From positions 800,001 to 864,000 of the forward strand of contig OZ245817.1 of the NCBI GenBank assembly GCA_965228475.1: a DNA stretch of 64,000 bases, in the 5' to 3' direction. The notes under the pieces are model-generated. The model worked only from the letters and a program-made list of their open reading frames with translations, did no database searches and was not told the origin of the DNA. Numbering within the stretch: the stretch's first letter is position 1; each line of letters opens with the position of its first letter. Source of the stretch: Myxococcota bacterium. GTDB lineage: Bacteria > Myxococcota_A > UBA9160 > JAFDDA01. This document shows positions 36,366 through 46,381 of this stretch, one piece after another. The position numbers were made by a program, and so were the translations under genes.

Positions 36366-37944
36366 CGGTGTCCGAGAAGTCCTCGCCCGCGGCGCGGGCG
36401 CGGTCGACCAGGCTGTCCTGGTCCGGCACCAGGGCGCGGGCCGCCATCACCGCCGCGATGAAGGCGACGACGTTCACGGCCAGGCCGGCGGTCATGCCGA
36501 TCTTCAGATCCGCCGCGACGCTGATGCGGCCGATCGTGTAGGGGCCGAGGGCCAGTCCGATGAACGTGATGGCGAGCAGGTAGGCCGCCGCCGCGACCGC
36601 GCGCATGCGCGGCAGCACGAGGTCCTGCATGGTGCTCGCCGAGAGTCCGATCCACATGGAGGTGAAGAGGTTGGCCGCCAGGGTGAAGCGCAGGGCGTTG
36701 TCGATCTCGGAGGCGTAGAGCACGGCCAGGTTCGTGGGGATGGCCGCGACCGCGGCGATCGCCAGCACGTAGAGCCGTCCGCGCGGGTTCCGCGCGCGCC
36801 AGAGGTCGCCGAGGATTCCGCCGAGGGCGACGCCCGCGAAGCCGCCGATCGCGGTCGTGAAGAGGAGATAGTCGCCGACCCGCGCTTCGTCGACGCCGTG
36901 GGCGCGAATCAGGTAGGCGGGCGTCCAGAAGCCGAGCCCGTAGCCCGAGAAGGCGAGCATCGACGCGACCAGCACGAGCCAGCGCAGCGAGGCCGTGTGG
37001 AAGATCAGCGAGAAGGTCGGCGGATCGCGCAGCGCGAGCGATTGCGCCCAGGAGACCGCGCCGTAGGAGCCGATGCCGAGCGCGACCCACTGGGCGATGT
37101 CGCCGGTGCTCCAGGCGAGGCTTCCCGAGACGAGGGCGATCACCGCGGCGAGGATCGCGTTGCGAGTGACGGCGGCGCTTCCACCCCCGAGCGCGATCAG
37201 GTTCCAGACGGTGAACCCGGGCAGCACCGCGCGCAGCTCGAGGCCGAACTCCCGGAAGGGGTGCGGGTGGGGCGGGGTGACCAGGCCGTCGGCCTGGCCC
37301 CGCACGGGCTCGCGCAGGGTGCGGACCCACAGGGCCATCAGGACGCCGGGCAGCCCGACCAGGATGAAGGTCGCCTGCCAGCCTTCGAGCCCGTAGGGCG
37401 CCGTGCCCGGCGCGTAGCCGTCCCAGAAGCTCAGCATGCGGCCGCCGACGAACAGCGCGAGCCCGCCGCCGAGATAGATCCCGCTCGAGTAGAGCGAGAG
37501 CGCCGTCGCGCGCATCGAGGCCGGGAAGTAGTCCGAGAGCATCGAGTAGGCGGCAGGCGTCGCGCTCGCCTCCCCGACCCCCACGCCGATGCGCGCCACC
37601 GTCAGCTCGGTCATGTTGCGCGAGAACCCCGAGGCCGCGGTCATCAGGCTCCAGAAGCCGAGGCCGAGGGCGACCAGGCTGCGGCGGTTCCAGACGTCGG
37701 CCAGCCGGCCGAGGGGGATCCCGAAGATCGCGTAGAAGACGGCGAAGGCCGTGCCGTAGAGGAAGCCGAGTTCGGAGTCCGAGACGGTGAGCGATTCCTT
37801 GATCCGCTCGGCCAGGATCGAAGGCAGCTGTCGGTCGATGAAGTTGAACAGGTAGACGAGGACGAGGACGAACAGGACGTAGCTCGCGTAGGCGAGCTGG
37901 CGGCGGTCGAAGGCGGGGGGCGCGGCCACGGCTGCACTATACAT
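36355..37944 (-). CDS. MFS transporter (spinster-like)
   Basis: FNFIDRQ, GRLADVWNRR, RIGVGVGEA, SDYFP; many TM segments. Confidence 0.92.
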   Translation of the reverse strand: MYSAAVAAPPAFDRRQLAYASYVLFVLVLVYLFNFIDRQLPSILAERIKESLTVSDSELGFLYGTAFAVFYAIFGIPLGRLADVWNRRSLVALGLGFWSLMTAASGFSRNMTELTVARIGVGVGEASATPAAYSMLSDYFPASMRATALSLYSSGIYLGGGLALFVGGRMLSFWDGYAPGTAPYGLEGWQATFILVGLPGVLMALWVRTLREPVRGQADGLVTPPHPHPFREFGLELRAVLPGFTVWNLIALGGGSAAVTRNAILAAVIALVSGSLAWSTGDIAQWVALGIGSYGAVSWAQSLALRDPPTFSLIFHTASLRWLVLVASMLAFSGYGLGFWTPAYLIRAHGVDEARVGDYLLFTTAIGGFAGVALGGILGDLWRARNPRGRLYVLAIAAVAAIPTNLAVLYASEIDNALRFTLAANLFTSMWIGLSASTMQDLVLPRMRAVAAAAYLLAITFIGLALGPYTIGRISVAADLKIGMTAGLAVNVVAFIAAVMAARALVPDQDSLVDRARAAGEDFSDTDAA

Positions 37945-38061
37945 GCGGCCGCGCGGTCGACGGGGTTCTTCGTGGCGGGCCCGCGGCGGCCCGGCCTGCC
38001 CTGGGGGTGCTCCCGGACACCGGCCCCGGCCTGACGTATCCTCCCGCGTCCGGAGGATTTC

Positions 38062-39747
38062 ATGGCCGACCGCTCACGCAAGCTCCCCAAGCCCCGCTCC
38101 CGGGAAGTCACCGAAGGCCCCGCACGCGCGCCCGCCCGGGCCATGCTGCGGGCCGTCGGCTTCAGCGAGGAGGACTTCGACAAGCCCCAGGTCGGGATCG
38201 CCGCGGCGGCCAACGAGGTCACGCCCTGCAACATGGGCCTCGCCGCCCAGGCCGACTGGGCCAAGGAAGCGATCACCGAAGAGGGCGCCGTCGGCCTGCG
38301 CTTCGACACCATCGCCGTTTCGGACGGCATCAGCATGGGCCACGTGGGCATGCACGCTTCGCTCGTGTCGCGCGAGGTGATCGCGGACTCGGTCGAACTC
38401 GTGGTCCACGCCGAGCGCCTCGACGCGCTCGTCACGCTGGCCGGCTGCGACAAGAGCCTGCCCGGCATGCTCATGGCCGCGGCGCGGCTCGACGTCCCCT
38501 CGGTCTTCCTCTACGGCGGAACGATCCTGCCCGGCTGCTTCAAGGGCCGCGACGTCAACATCCAGGACGTGTTCGAGGCCGTCGGCGCCCACGCCTCGGG
38601 CAACATGAGCGACGAAGACCTGCTCGAGCTCGAGCGCGTCGCCTGCCCGTCGACGGGCTCCTGCGCGGGCATGTTCACGGCGAACACGATGTCGACGGTG
38701 AGCGAGGCCCTCGGCATGGCGGTGCCCGGTTCCGCCTCCGTCCCGAACCCGGATGCCCGGCGCCGGGAGCTTTCCCTCGCGACGGGCCGCGCGGTCGTGG
38801 ACTGCCTCGAGCACGGCATCACGCCCCGCAAGGTGATGACCAAGCGCGCCTTCGAGAACGCCATCGCCGCCGTGATGGCCCTCGGCGGCTCGACCAACGC
38901 GGTGCTCCACCTCCTGGCGATCGCCCGGGAGGCGAAGGTCGAGCTCGCCCTCGACGACTTCGACCGCATCAGCCGCACGACGCCGCAGCTCTGCGACCTG
39001 AAGCCCTTCGGCAAGTACGTGATGAGCGACCTCGACGCCATCGGCGGCGTCTCGGTGCTCTTCCGCGAGCTGATCGACGGCGGCCAGATGGATCCGGATT
39101 GCCTCACCATCACGGGCAAGACCCTCGGCGAGAACCTCGAAGGGACGAGCTTTCCCGAGGGCCAGGACATCGTGCATCGCGAGAGCGCGGCCCTGATGGC
39201 CGAGGGCGGCATCGTGGTGCTGCGCGGCACGCTCGCCCCCGACGGCTGCGTGATGAAGACCGCCGGCGGGAACCTCCGCCGCGTCGACGGCCCCGCGCGC
39301 GTGTTCGACGGCGAGCAGGCGGCCTTCGACGCCGTGACGAACGGCCAGATCGAAAAGGGCTGCGTGATCGTGATCCGCAACGAAGGGCCGGCCGGCGGCC
39401 CGGGCATGCGCGAGATGCTCGCCGTGACCGCGGCCGTGAAGGGCGCGGGCCTCGGCGCCGACGTCGCGCTGCTCACCGACGGCCGCTTCTCCGGCGCGAC
39501 CCACGGCTACATGATCGCCCACGTGGCGCCGGAGGCCGTGCGCGAGGGGCCGATCGCCTGGGTGCGCGACGGGGACCGCATCGTGATCGACCCGCAGGAG
39601 CGCATCCTCGACGTCATGGTCCCGGAAGAGGAGCTCGCCGAGCGGCGCAAGGGCTGGCAGCCGCCGGCGCCCCGGTTCGAGAGCGGCGCCATGGCGAAGT
39701 ACGCGAAGCTCGTCGGCAGCGCCGCCCGCGGCGCGGTCTGTGGATAG
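38062..39747 (+). CDS. ilvD: dihydroxy-acid dehydratase
   Basis: TPCN, SDGISMG, GCDKSLPG, CAGMFTANTM, GGSTNAVLH, GGPGMREM, TDGRFSGA. Confidence 0.95.
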   Translation: MADRSRKLPKPRSREVTEGPARAPARAMLRAVGFSEEDFDKPQVGIAAAANEVTPCNMGLAAQADWAKEAITEEGAVGLRFDTIAVSDGISMGHVGMHASLVSREVIADSVELVVHAERLDALVTLAGCDKSLPGMLMAAARLDVPSVFLYGGTILPGCFKGRDVNIQDVFEAVGAHASGNMSDEDLLELERVACPSTGSCAGMFTANTMSTVSEALGMAVPGSASVPNPDARRRELSLATGRAVVDCLEHGITPRKVMTKRAFENAIAAVMALGGSTNAVLHLLAIAREAKVELALDDFDRISRTTPQLCDLKPFGKYVMSDLDAIGGVSVLFRELIDGGQMDPDCLTITGKTLGENLEGTSFPEGQDIVHRESAALMAEGGIVVLRGTLAPDGCVMKTAGGNLRRVDGPARVFDGEQAAFDAVTNGQIEKGCVIVIRNEGPAGGPGMREMLAVTAAVKGAGLGADVALLTDGRFSGATHGYMIAHVAPEAVREGPIAWVRDGDRIVIDPQERILDVMVPEEELAERRKGWQPPAPRFESGAMAKYAKLVGSAARGAVCG

Positions 39748-41230
39748 GGCGACGGCCTTCGCACACCTGCACGTCGAGCCCGGCGGCTCCGCCGAAAGCC
39801 TCCTGCCCGGCTTCGAGAGGCTGCGCGCCTCCGCTCCGGCCGGCGGCTTCCCGTGGTTCCTCGACAGCGCGCTCGAGGACGGCCGCCTCGGCCGCTTCTC
39901 CTTCGCCGGGGTCGACCCGTGGGGCGTCCTGCGCGCGGGGGGCGCTCGGGGTTCGGCGGCGCTCGAGGTCCGGCGCGAAGCCCACCCGCACTGGCCCCGC
40001 GGCACGCACGCGCTGTCCGGCGACGCCTTCGCGGCGTTGGGCTCGTTGCTCGAGCGCGCGGCCGGAGACGAGCGGGCAGCGAAGCTCCCCTTCGCGGGCG
40101 GTGCCGTCGGCTACTTCGGCTACGAGCTGGCGGAAGCGCTCGAGGACCTCACCTTTCCGTCGAGCCGGCCGACGGACTTCCCCGACCTCTGCTTCCTGCT
40201 GGTCGACGCCGTCGTGGCCTTCGACCACGAGCGCGGCGAGCTCTGGCTCTGCGGCACCGGTTTCGGCGACGAAGCCAAGGCCCGGGCCCAGGAACGGGTG
40301 CGGGCGCTGCGGGAGATCCTGGCGGCTGCGGCGCCGCCCGCCGGTGTGGCGCGCGAACCCGTTCCCGCCGACGGCCCCGTCGAGGCGCGCCACGACGCGG
40401 ATTCTTACGCCGCGCAGGTGCGCACCGTCCTGTCCGGCATCGAGCAGGGCGATCTCTATCAGGGCTGCCTGACCCACCGGATCTCGCGCACCCACGCGGG
40501 CGAGCCCTGGCCGCTCTACCGCCGCCTGCGCGAGGTGAACCCCGCGCCCTTCGGCGCGTATCTCGAACTCGCGGAGGGCGCGATCCTCTCGAGCTCGCCG
40601 GAGCGCTTCGTCCGGCTGACCGCCGAGGGCTTCGTCGAGGCCCGGCCGATCAAGGGAACCCGCCGCTTCGAGCCCGGCGCCGACGGCATCGAACGCAGCG
40701 CCCGGGCCCTCGCCGCCTCGGAGAAGGACCGCGCCGAGAACGTGATGATCGTGGACCTCTACCGCAACGATCTCGGGCGGGTCTGCGAGACCGGAAGCGT
40801 GCAGGTGCCCGAGCTCTTCGCGATCGAGCGCTACGCGACGCTCCACCAGATGGTGTCGACGGTGACGGGGCGCCTGGCCCGCGGCCGCGACGCCCTCGAT
40901 CTCGTCCGGGCGATCTTTCCGCCGGGCTCCATGACCGGGGCGCCGAAGATCGCGGCGGTGAAGCTCCTCGCGGAGCTCGAAGACGAGCGCCGCGGCGTCT
41001 ACGCCGGCGCCCTCGGCTACCTCGACGCACGCGGGGGGATGGACCTCTCGGTGGTGATCCGTACCATCCTGCTCTCGCGGGGGCGCGCACACGTGAACGT
41101 GGGCGGAGGCATCGTGGCGGACTCCGAGCCGCTGGCCGAGTACCAGGAGGCCATGGACAAGGCACGCGCGCTCGCGCTGGCCCTGGCGCCGCCGGACACG
41201 CTCGATGCACCCGAGGGAGAGGGCTCGTGA
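39740..41230 (+). CDS. pabB: aminodeoxychorismate synthase component I (PabB/TrpE family)
   Basis: FLDS, SSSPERF, PIKGT, AENVMIVDLYRND, PGSMTGAPK. Confidence 0.85.
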   Translation: MDRATAFAHLHVEPGGSAESLLPGFERLRASAPAGGFPWFLDSALEDGRLGRFSFAGVDPWGVLRAGGARGSAALEVRREAHPHWPRGTHALSGDAFAALGSLLERAAGDERAAKLPFAGGAVGYFGYELAEALEDLTFPSSRPTDFPDLCFLLVDAVVAFDHERGELWLCGTGFGDEAKARAQERVRALREILAAAAPPAGVAREPVPADGPVEARHDADSYAAQVRTVLSGIEQGDLYQGCLTHRISRTHAGEPWPLYRRLREVNPAPFGAYLELAEGAILSSSPERFVRLTAEGFVEARPIKGTRRFEPGADGIERSARALAASEKDRAENVMIVDLYRNDLGRVCETGSVQVPELFAIERYATLHQMVSTVTGRLARGRDALDLVRAIFPPGSMTGAPKIAAVKLLAELEDERRGVYAGALGYLDARGGMDLSVVIRTILLSRGRAHVNVGGGIVADSEPLAEYQEAMDKARALALALAPPDTLDAPEGEGS

Positions 41231-42177
41231 GCGCGCCCGCCGCCGGCCGTCCGCTCCGCGTCCTGCGCATCGGCCCCGGGCCGGAATCCCTCGAGCCCCT
41301 CGGCCGCCAGTTCGATCCGCCGTTCGCCGTCGAGCTCGAGGCGGCGGAGCGGCTGCGCACCGGCCTCGGCGAACTCGCGGACCAGCGCTTCGACCTGGTC
41401 CTCTACGCCGTCGGGACCGCGGACGGGGAGGGCGTGGCCGGCATCGCGCGCATCCGGGCGATCGACGCGGAGGTCCCGATCGTCGTCGTGATGGACGCCG
41501 AGGACTCCGCGCTCGCGCTCGCGGCGATCCAGCGCGGCGCCCAGGACGCCCTGCCCCGGGCGGAGTTCGCAGGGCCCGGCGGGTGCCGAGCCCTGCGCCA
41601 CGCCATCGAGCGCCAGCGGATCATGCTCGAGCTCCAGGAGGCCCGGGAGCGCGAGCAGTACCTCGCGACCCACGACTCGCTGACGGGCATCCCGAACCGC
41701 ATGCTCTTCTACGACCGGCTCTCCCAGGCCATCGCCGCCGCGAGCCGCTGGGACACCACGCTCGCCGTGCTCTTCCTCGATCTCGACGGCTTCAAGCCCA
41801 TCAACGACACCCTCGGGCACACCGCGGGCGACCGCCTCCTCCAGGAGGTCGCGAAGCGCGTGGCGAGCATCGTGCGCAAGAGCGACACGGCCGCGCGCAT
41901 CGGCGGAGACGAGTTCGGCGTGGTGCTCTCCCAGATCGCCAAGGCGAGCGATGCCTCGACGGTGGCCGAGAACCTGCGCGAGCGCATCGCGGAGCCGGTG
42001 CTGTTCGGCCGGAGCGAGCGCTGCGTCCACGCGAGCATCGGCATCGCGGTCTACCCCGGCGACGGCGAGCTCGCGGACACCCTCGTCCGGAACGCCGACA
42101 CCGCGATGTACGAGGCCAAGAAGGCGGGCGGCAACCGCTACGCCTTCTACCACCGGCGGATGCGCGCCGAAGGCTGA
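41227..42177 (+). CDS. diguanylate cyclase with degenerate N-terminal receiver domain
   Basis: HDSLTGIPNR, DLDGFKPINDTLGH, RKSDTAARIGGDEF; REC-like FDLVLYAVG, GAQD. Confidence 0.88.
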   Translation: MSAPAAGRPLRVLRIGPGPESLEPLGRQFDPPFAVELEAAERLRTGLGELADQRFDLVLYAVGTADGEGVAGIARIRAIDAEVPIVVVMDAEDSALALAAIQRGAQDALPRAEFAGPGGCRALRHAIERQRIMLELQEAREREQYLATHDSLTGIPNRMLFYDRLSQAIAAASRWDTTLAVLFLDLDGFKPINDTLGHTAGDRLLQEVAKRVASIVRKSDTAARIGGDEFGVVLSQIAKASDASTVAENLRERIAEPVLFGRSERCVHASIGIAVYPGDGELADTLVRNADTAMYEAKKAGGNRYAFYHRRMRAEG

Positions 42178-42236
42178 GCCGCGCTCCGCCAATTTGTCGG
42201 GCGGTGCCTTCCGCCCCGCGCCGGTAGGCTCGCGGC

Positions 42237-43121
42237 ATGCCCGAGCGACGCCTCCTGCAGATCGACGCCTTCACGCACGAACCGCTCGGCGGAAACCCCT
42301 GCGCGGTCGTGCTCGATGCCGAGGGCCTGGACGACGCGACGATGCTCGCGATCGCCCTCGAGATGAACCTCTCGGAGACCGCGTTCCTCGTGCCGAGCGA
42401 GCGCGCGGACTTCGGCGCGCGCTACTTCACGCCCTTCGGCGAGATCCCCATGGCCGGGCATCCGACCGTCGCGACCGTCTTTGCCCTCGCCGAGACCGGC
42501 GCCTTCGCGCTCACCGGCGACCGCACGGAGATCACCCTCGAGCTGCCCGCCGGCGTGCTGCCGATCGAGGTCGACGCACGCGATGGCCGCGTCGAGCGCA
42601 TCGCCATGCGCCAGCCGCGGCCGCGCTTCGGCGAGACCCTGCCGGGCGAAGCGGTCGCGGCGGCCTTCGCGCTCGCGGCCGGAGACCTCGACCCGGGGAT
42701 GCCCTGCCGGATCGTCTCCACGGGGACCCCGCAGTTGATGATTCCCGTGCGAAGCTTGGAAGCGCTGCGCGGCGCTCGCCCCGAAGGCCGGGCTCACGCA
42801 GACCTCGCCGAGGCGCACGGGTTCTTCAGCAGTCATCTCTTCGTGACGTCGGGCGTCGAGACGGGCGACACCTTCGCGCGCCACTTCGCCCCGGGCGAAC
42901 GCGGATTCGAGGACCCGTTCACGGGTTCCGCGACCGGTGCGATGGCGGCCTACCTCTGGCGGGAGGGGCGGCTCGGGCCCCGCTTCGTGGCCGAACAGGG
43001 CCACTGGATGACCCGCCCCGGACGGGCGGAAGTCGAGGTGATCGGCCCCCCCGATGCCATCGAGAGCGTCCGCGTGGCCGGGGGCGCGGTGACGGTCCTG
43101 CGCGGCCATCTCCATCTCTGA
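42237..43121 (+). CDS. PhzF family epimerase-like protein
   Basis: DAF...GNPCAV, EMNLSETAF, EIPMAGHPT, EDPFTGSA. Confidence 0.92.
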   Translation: MPERRLLQIDAFTHEPLGGNPCAVVLDAEGLDDATMLAIALEMNLSETAFLVPSERADFGARYFTPFGEIPMAGHPTVATVFALAETGAFALTGDRTEITLELPAGVLPIEVDARDGRVERIAMRQPRPRFGETLPGEAVAAAFALAAGDLDPGMPCRIVSTGTPQLMIPVRSLEALRGARPEGRAHADLAEAHGFFSSHLFVTSGVETGDTFARHFAPGERGFEDPFTGSATGAMAAYLWREGRLGPRFVAEQGHWMTRPGRAEVEVIGPPDAIESVRVAGGAVTVLRGHLHL

Positions 43122-43281
43122 GGGCCTTCCCCCGTCCTTTCCGGCACCCGCCGAATATTCTTCTCCGGCGCCGCGTCGGTGTGAGCGGCGGCACGTTCCG
43201 TTTTGGAGCACGGGCCGTTATCATGCTCGCTCCCGCAGCGAATGCGGGCCCGCCACGGGCGGGAATCAGAATGGAGACCTC

Positions 43282-43752
43282 ATGTCGCGCGCGAACATTC
43301 TGCGAATGACCCCCGTCGTGGCCCTCTGCTTTGCACTGGTCGCCTGTGGTGAGACCGTCGGTCCGAAGGCCGTGGGCGGTGCCGCCGTCGGCGCCACGGC
43401 CGGTGGCCTGATCGGAGCCGCCGCGGGCGGCGGAACGGCCGGAATCATCGGCGGCGCCCTGCTGGGCGGTCTCGCCGGCGGTGCCCTCGGTGACAAGCTC
43501 GACCAGAACGACCGGCGTCTGGCCCAGGAGAACTACTACCGCTCGATGGAGTACGGCCGCACCGGTCAGAGCTCGAGCTGGAGCAACCCGGACAGCGGCC
43601 ACAGCGGCAGCATCACGCCCACGCGGACGTACGAAACGCCGACGGGTCCGTGCCGCGACTTCAAGCAGACCATCTACATCGACGGCCAGGCCCAGGAAGG
43701 CCAGGGCACCGCGTGCCGCCAGGCCGATGGGACGTGGAAGATCCGGAACTGA
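43282..43752 (+). CDS. 17-kDa surface antigen-like (RT0821/Lpp0805) glycine-zipper lipoprotein
   Basis: LVAC lipobox, glycine zipper, WSNPDSG, CRDF, GTACRQADGTW. Confidence 0.88.
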   Translation: MSRANILRMTPVVALCFALVACGETVGPKAVGGAAVGATAGGLIGAAAGGGTAGIIGGALLGGLAGGALGDKLDQNDRRLAQENYYRSMEYGRTGQSSSWSNPDSGHSGSITPTRTYETPTGPCRDFKQTIYIDGQAQEGQGTACRQADGTWKIRN

Positions 43753-43827
43753 ACCGGGCCCCACGTTCGAGGACCCGATCGGGCCGTCTCGCATGCGAGG
43801 CGGCCCGATCCATTTCCGGAGACGCCG

Positions 43828-44061
43828 ATGCGCATTCGACTCGACGAGGAGCGGCGAAAGGATCTCGTCGCGAAGATCCAGGCCCATCTCCGCGAGCACT
43901 TCGACGAGGACGTCGGCGTCCTGAAGGCCGAGCTGTTGCTCGCGTTCTTCGTGAAGGAGCTCGGGCCGCCCGTCTACAACCAGGCGATCCAGGACGCCCA
44001 CGGCTTCATCGCCGACAAGCTGGTGGATCTCCAGGGCGAGTTCTACGAGCCGGAGTCCTAG
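43828..44061 (+). CDS. DUF2164 domain-containing protein
   Basis: AELLLAFFVKELGPPVYNQAIQDA. Confidence 0.85.
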   Translation: MRIRLDEERRKDLVAKIQAHLREHFDEDVGVLKAELLLAFFVKELGPPVYNQAIQDAHGFIADKLVDLQGEFYEPES

Positions 44062-44149
44062 AGCCCGTCTCAGAAACGTCTTGCGGGTTCGGATCACCGG
44101 GAAGGGCCGAACCCGCTTCACACTTCTCGAGACCGGCTCTAGGCGGAGT

Positions 44150-45862
44150 TCAGAAGCGTCCCGAGCGCAGGAAGCCCCAGGCGAGCAGCAGCCAGGCGCC
44201 GCCCGCGAGCCCGAAACCGACGAGCCCGAGCACGGTCGAGAGCGTGAGGCCGAAGGGCAGGGCGGGCCCGGTCTCCGCGGTGAAGAGCCACGCCGAAGCG
44301 ACGAGCAGCGCCGCGAGCACGACGGCCAGGGAAGCGCGGTTGGTGCTGCGCGCGCGTTCGCGCTCCGCCTCCGCGCGGCCTTCGAGGGCGACGCGGAGCT
44401 CGAAGTCGCCGCCGGCCAGGCGGCGCGTGATGCGCCGCAGGTCCGTCGGCAGGCTCGTCGCGAGGTCGAGGTAGGCGCGGGCGACGCGCAGGCCGTCGCG
44501 CGCGAGGTAGCGCGGGTCCTGCAGCCGCCCGATCCAGAGCTTCAGGGCGTAGGGGCGGATCGCCTCGAGCGGGTCCATGGCCGGGTCGAGCGTGCGCGCG
44601 GTGCCTTCCATGGTGGCGAGGGCCTTGCCGATCAGGAAGAGGTCCGCCGGCACGCGCACCCGGTGGCGCGCGAGCACCTCGAAGATTTGGGTCATGAGCT
44701 GGGAGACGTCGACCTCGCCGATCGGGACCGAGTGGAAGCGCACGATCAGCTCGTCGACGTCGCGCTCGAGGGCCTTCGCGTCGACCTCGTCGTCGACGAG
44801 CTCGAGCCGGACGAACAGGCGGAGGATGCGCCCGGCGTCCTGCAGCAGGATCCCGACGATCAGGTCGAGCAGATCGTCCAGGGTGTCGCGGTCGAGGGTG
44901 CCCATCTGGCCGAGATCGATCGGCGCGATGCGGCCGCCCGGCAGGACGAACCAGTTGCCCGGGTGCGGATCGCCGTGGAAGAAGCCGTTGCCGAAGAGCT
45001 GTTCGAGCACGAAGTTCGTGCCGGTCTGGGCGAGCGCCTTGCGGTCGATGCCCGCCGCGTCGAGGGCCGGCACGTCGTCGGCCTTGATCCCGTCGATCCA
45101 CTCGACGACGAGGATCTTGTCGGTGCAGAGCTCCCGGTAGGCCTTCGGGACGTGGATGCGTTCGTCGTCCGCGAAGTCGCCCGTGAAGCGCTGGTAGTTC
45201 GCGGCCTCCTGGGTGAGATCGATCTCGCGCACGATCGAGCGCGAGAACTCCTCGACCACCCCGACCGGGTCGTAGCCGCGGAGCTCCGGGAGGTTCTCCT
45301 CGACGAGCCCGGCGAGGGTGCGCAGCACGTCGACGTCCGTGGCGATCGTCCGCTCGAGGTCGGGCCGCCGCACCTTGACCGCGACGTCTTCGCCCGAGGG
45401 CAGCGTCGCGCGGTGCACCTGGGCGATCGATGCCGCCGCGATCGGCTCTTCCCCGAACTGCGCGAAAATCTCGCCGATGGGGCGGCCGAGCTCCGCTTCG
45501 ATCTGGCGCCGGGCCTCGGCGGGCGCGAAGGGGGCGACGTCGTCCTGGAGCTTGCGCAGCTCCTCGATCCAGGAGAGCGGGACGAGGTCCGGCCGGGTCG
45601 CGAGGATCTGGCCGAGCTTGATGAACGTAGGGCCCAACTCCTCGAGGGCCATGCGCACGCGTTCCTCGGTGCGCAGCTCGACGAGGGCCTCGCGCTCGCG
45701 GCGGAAGCGCAGGAGGTTGCGGCCGCGTTCGGCGACGCCTTCGAGGCCCGTGCGCGCGAGCACGTCGCCGAAGCCGTACTTCACGATCACGCCGACGACC
45801 TCGCGCACGCGGGCGAGGTTGCGGACGGTCTGCGGGAGGCGGAGCCAGGGGCTGAGCGCCAT
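44150..45862 (-). CDS. ABC1 / AarF / UbiB family atypical kinase
   Basis: LGPTFIKLGQ, AAASIAQVHRA, VAVKVRRP, FFHGDPHPGN, IDLG; two C-terminal TM segments; ATG 45862. Confidence 0.92.
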   Translation of the reverse strand: MALSPWLRLPQTVRNLARVREVVGVIVKYGFGDVLARTGLEGVAERGRNLLRFRREREALVELRTEERVRMALEELGPTFIKLGQILATRPDLVPLSWIEELRKLQDDVAPFAPAEARRQIEAELGRPIGEIFAQFGEEPIAAASIAQVHRATLPSGEDVAVKVRRPDLERTIATDVDVLRTLAGLVEENLPELRGYDPVGVVEEFSRSIVREIDLTQEAANYQRFTGDFADDERIHVPKAYRELCTDKILVVEWIDGIKADDVPALDAAGIDRKALAQTGTNFVLEQLFGNGFFHGDPHPGNWFVLPGGRIAPIDLGQMGTLDRDTLDDLLDLIVGILLQDAGRILRLFVRLELVDDEVDAKALERDVDELIVRFHSVPIGEVDVSQLMTQIFEVLARHRVRVPADLFLIGKALATMEGTARTLDPAMDPLEAIRPYALKLWIGRLQDPRYLARDGLRVARAYLDLATSLPTDLRRITRRLAGGDFELRVALEGRAEAERERARSTNRASLAVVLAALLVASAWLFTAETGPALPFGLTLSTVLGLVGFGLAGGAWLLLAWGFLRSGRF

Positions 45863-46314
45863 CAGGGTTGCTCCCGCCCGCCATCGCCGCGGGTCGCGGG
45901 TTGCTCCCGCCCGCCGTCGCCGCGGGTCGCGGGTTGCTCCCGCCCGCCGTCGCCGCGGGTCGCGGGTTGCTCCCGCCCGCCGTCGCCGCGCGCGGCGAGC
46001 TGGCGTTCGATCCGGTCGAGCCGCGCGTCGAGGGCGTCGAGACGCTCGCGCAGGGCCTCGTCGCCCGCGCCCGCCGCCGGCGTGGCGAGGGTGCCGAGGC
46101 CTTCGGCGACCGCGCGCAGGGGCGTGAGCACGTTCTCCGAAACGAAGGACGTGCTGCGGTCGATGGCCTCCGTGACCGCCGATTCGAGGGCCTGGGCCTC
46201 CTCCGCCGAGAGGTCCCCGCGCGAGACGAGCTCGTGGAGGGCGCGGCGCGCGTCCTCGCGAACGCTCTTCGTGCCGCGGGTGATCCAATCTTCGAGGGCA
46301 TCGCGCCTGCTCAC
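45862..46314 (-). CDS. phasin-like coiled-coil protein with C-terminal tandem repeat
   Basis: ELVSRGDLSAEEA and LRERLDALDARLDRIE resemble phasin-like UbiB partners; TGATG coupling to the kinase. Confidence 0.65.
   Translation of the reverse strand: MSRRDALEDWITRGTKSVREDARRALHELVSRGDLSAEEAQALESAVTEAIDRSTSFVSENVLTPLRAVAEGLGTLATPAAGAGDEALRERLDALDARLDRIERQLAARGDGGREQPATRGDGGREQPATRGDGGREQPATRGDGGREQP
45865..45990. repeat. 33-bp tandem repeat (VNTR), about 3.8 copies
   Basis: Unit GGGTTGCTCCCGCCCGCCGTCGCCGCGGGTCGC starting at 45865, 45898, 45931 and 45964 (partial); one substitution overall. Confidence 0.95.
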
Positions 46315-46381
46315 GGCCGGGCTCCCATGCTGCCGGAGAGGATCGCGCTCTTCTCGCGAAGCGCCACGCGGGTGGAAGCCT

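Noticed and set aside
42237..43121. Phenazine biosynthesis cluster (phzF near a chorismate-binding enzyme)
   Set aside because: No phzA/B, D or G; the chorismate enzyme has PabB features (PIKGT) and no fused glutaminase domain
45865..45990. Possible CRISPR array
   Set aside because: The units are contiguous with no unique spacers, lie in frame within a CDS, and no cas genes are present; it is a VNTR
45865..45990. Four RGD integrin-binding motifs in the repeat
   Set aside because: The protein has no export signal, and RGD is easily produced by GC-rich codons multiplied by the repeat
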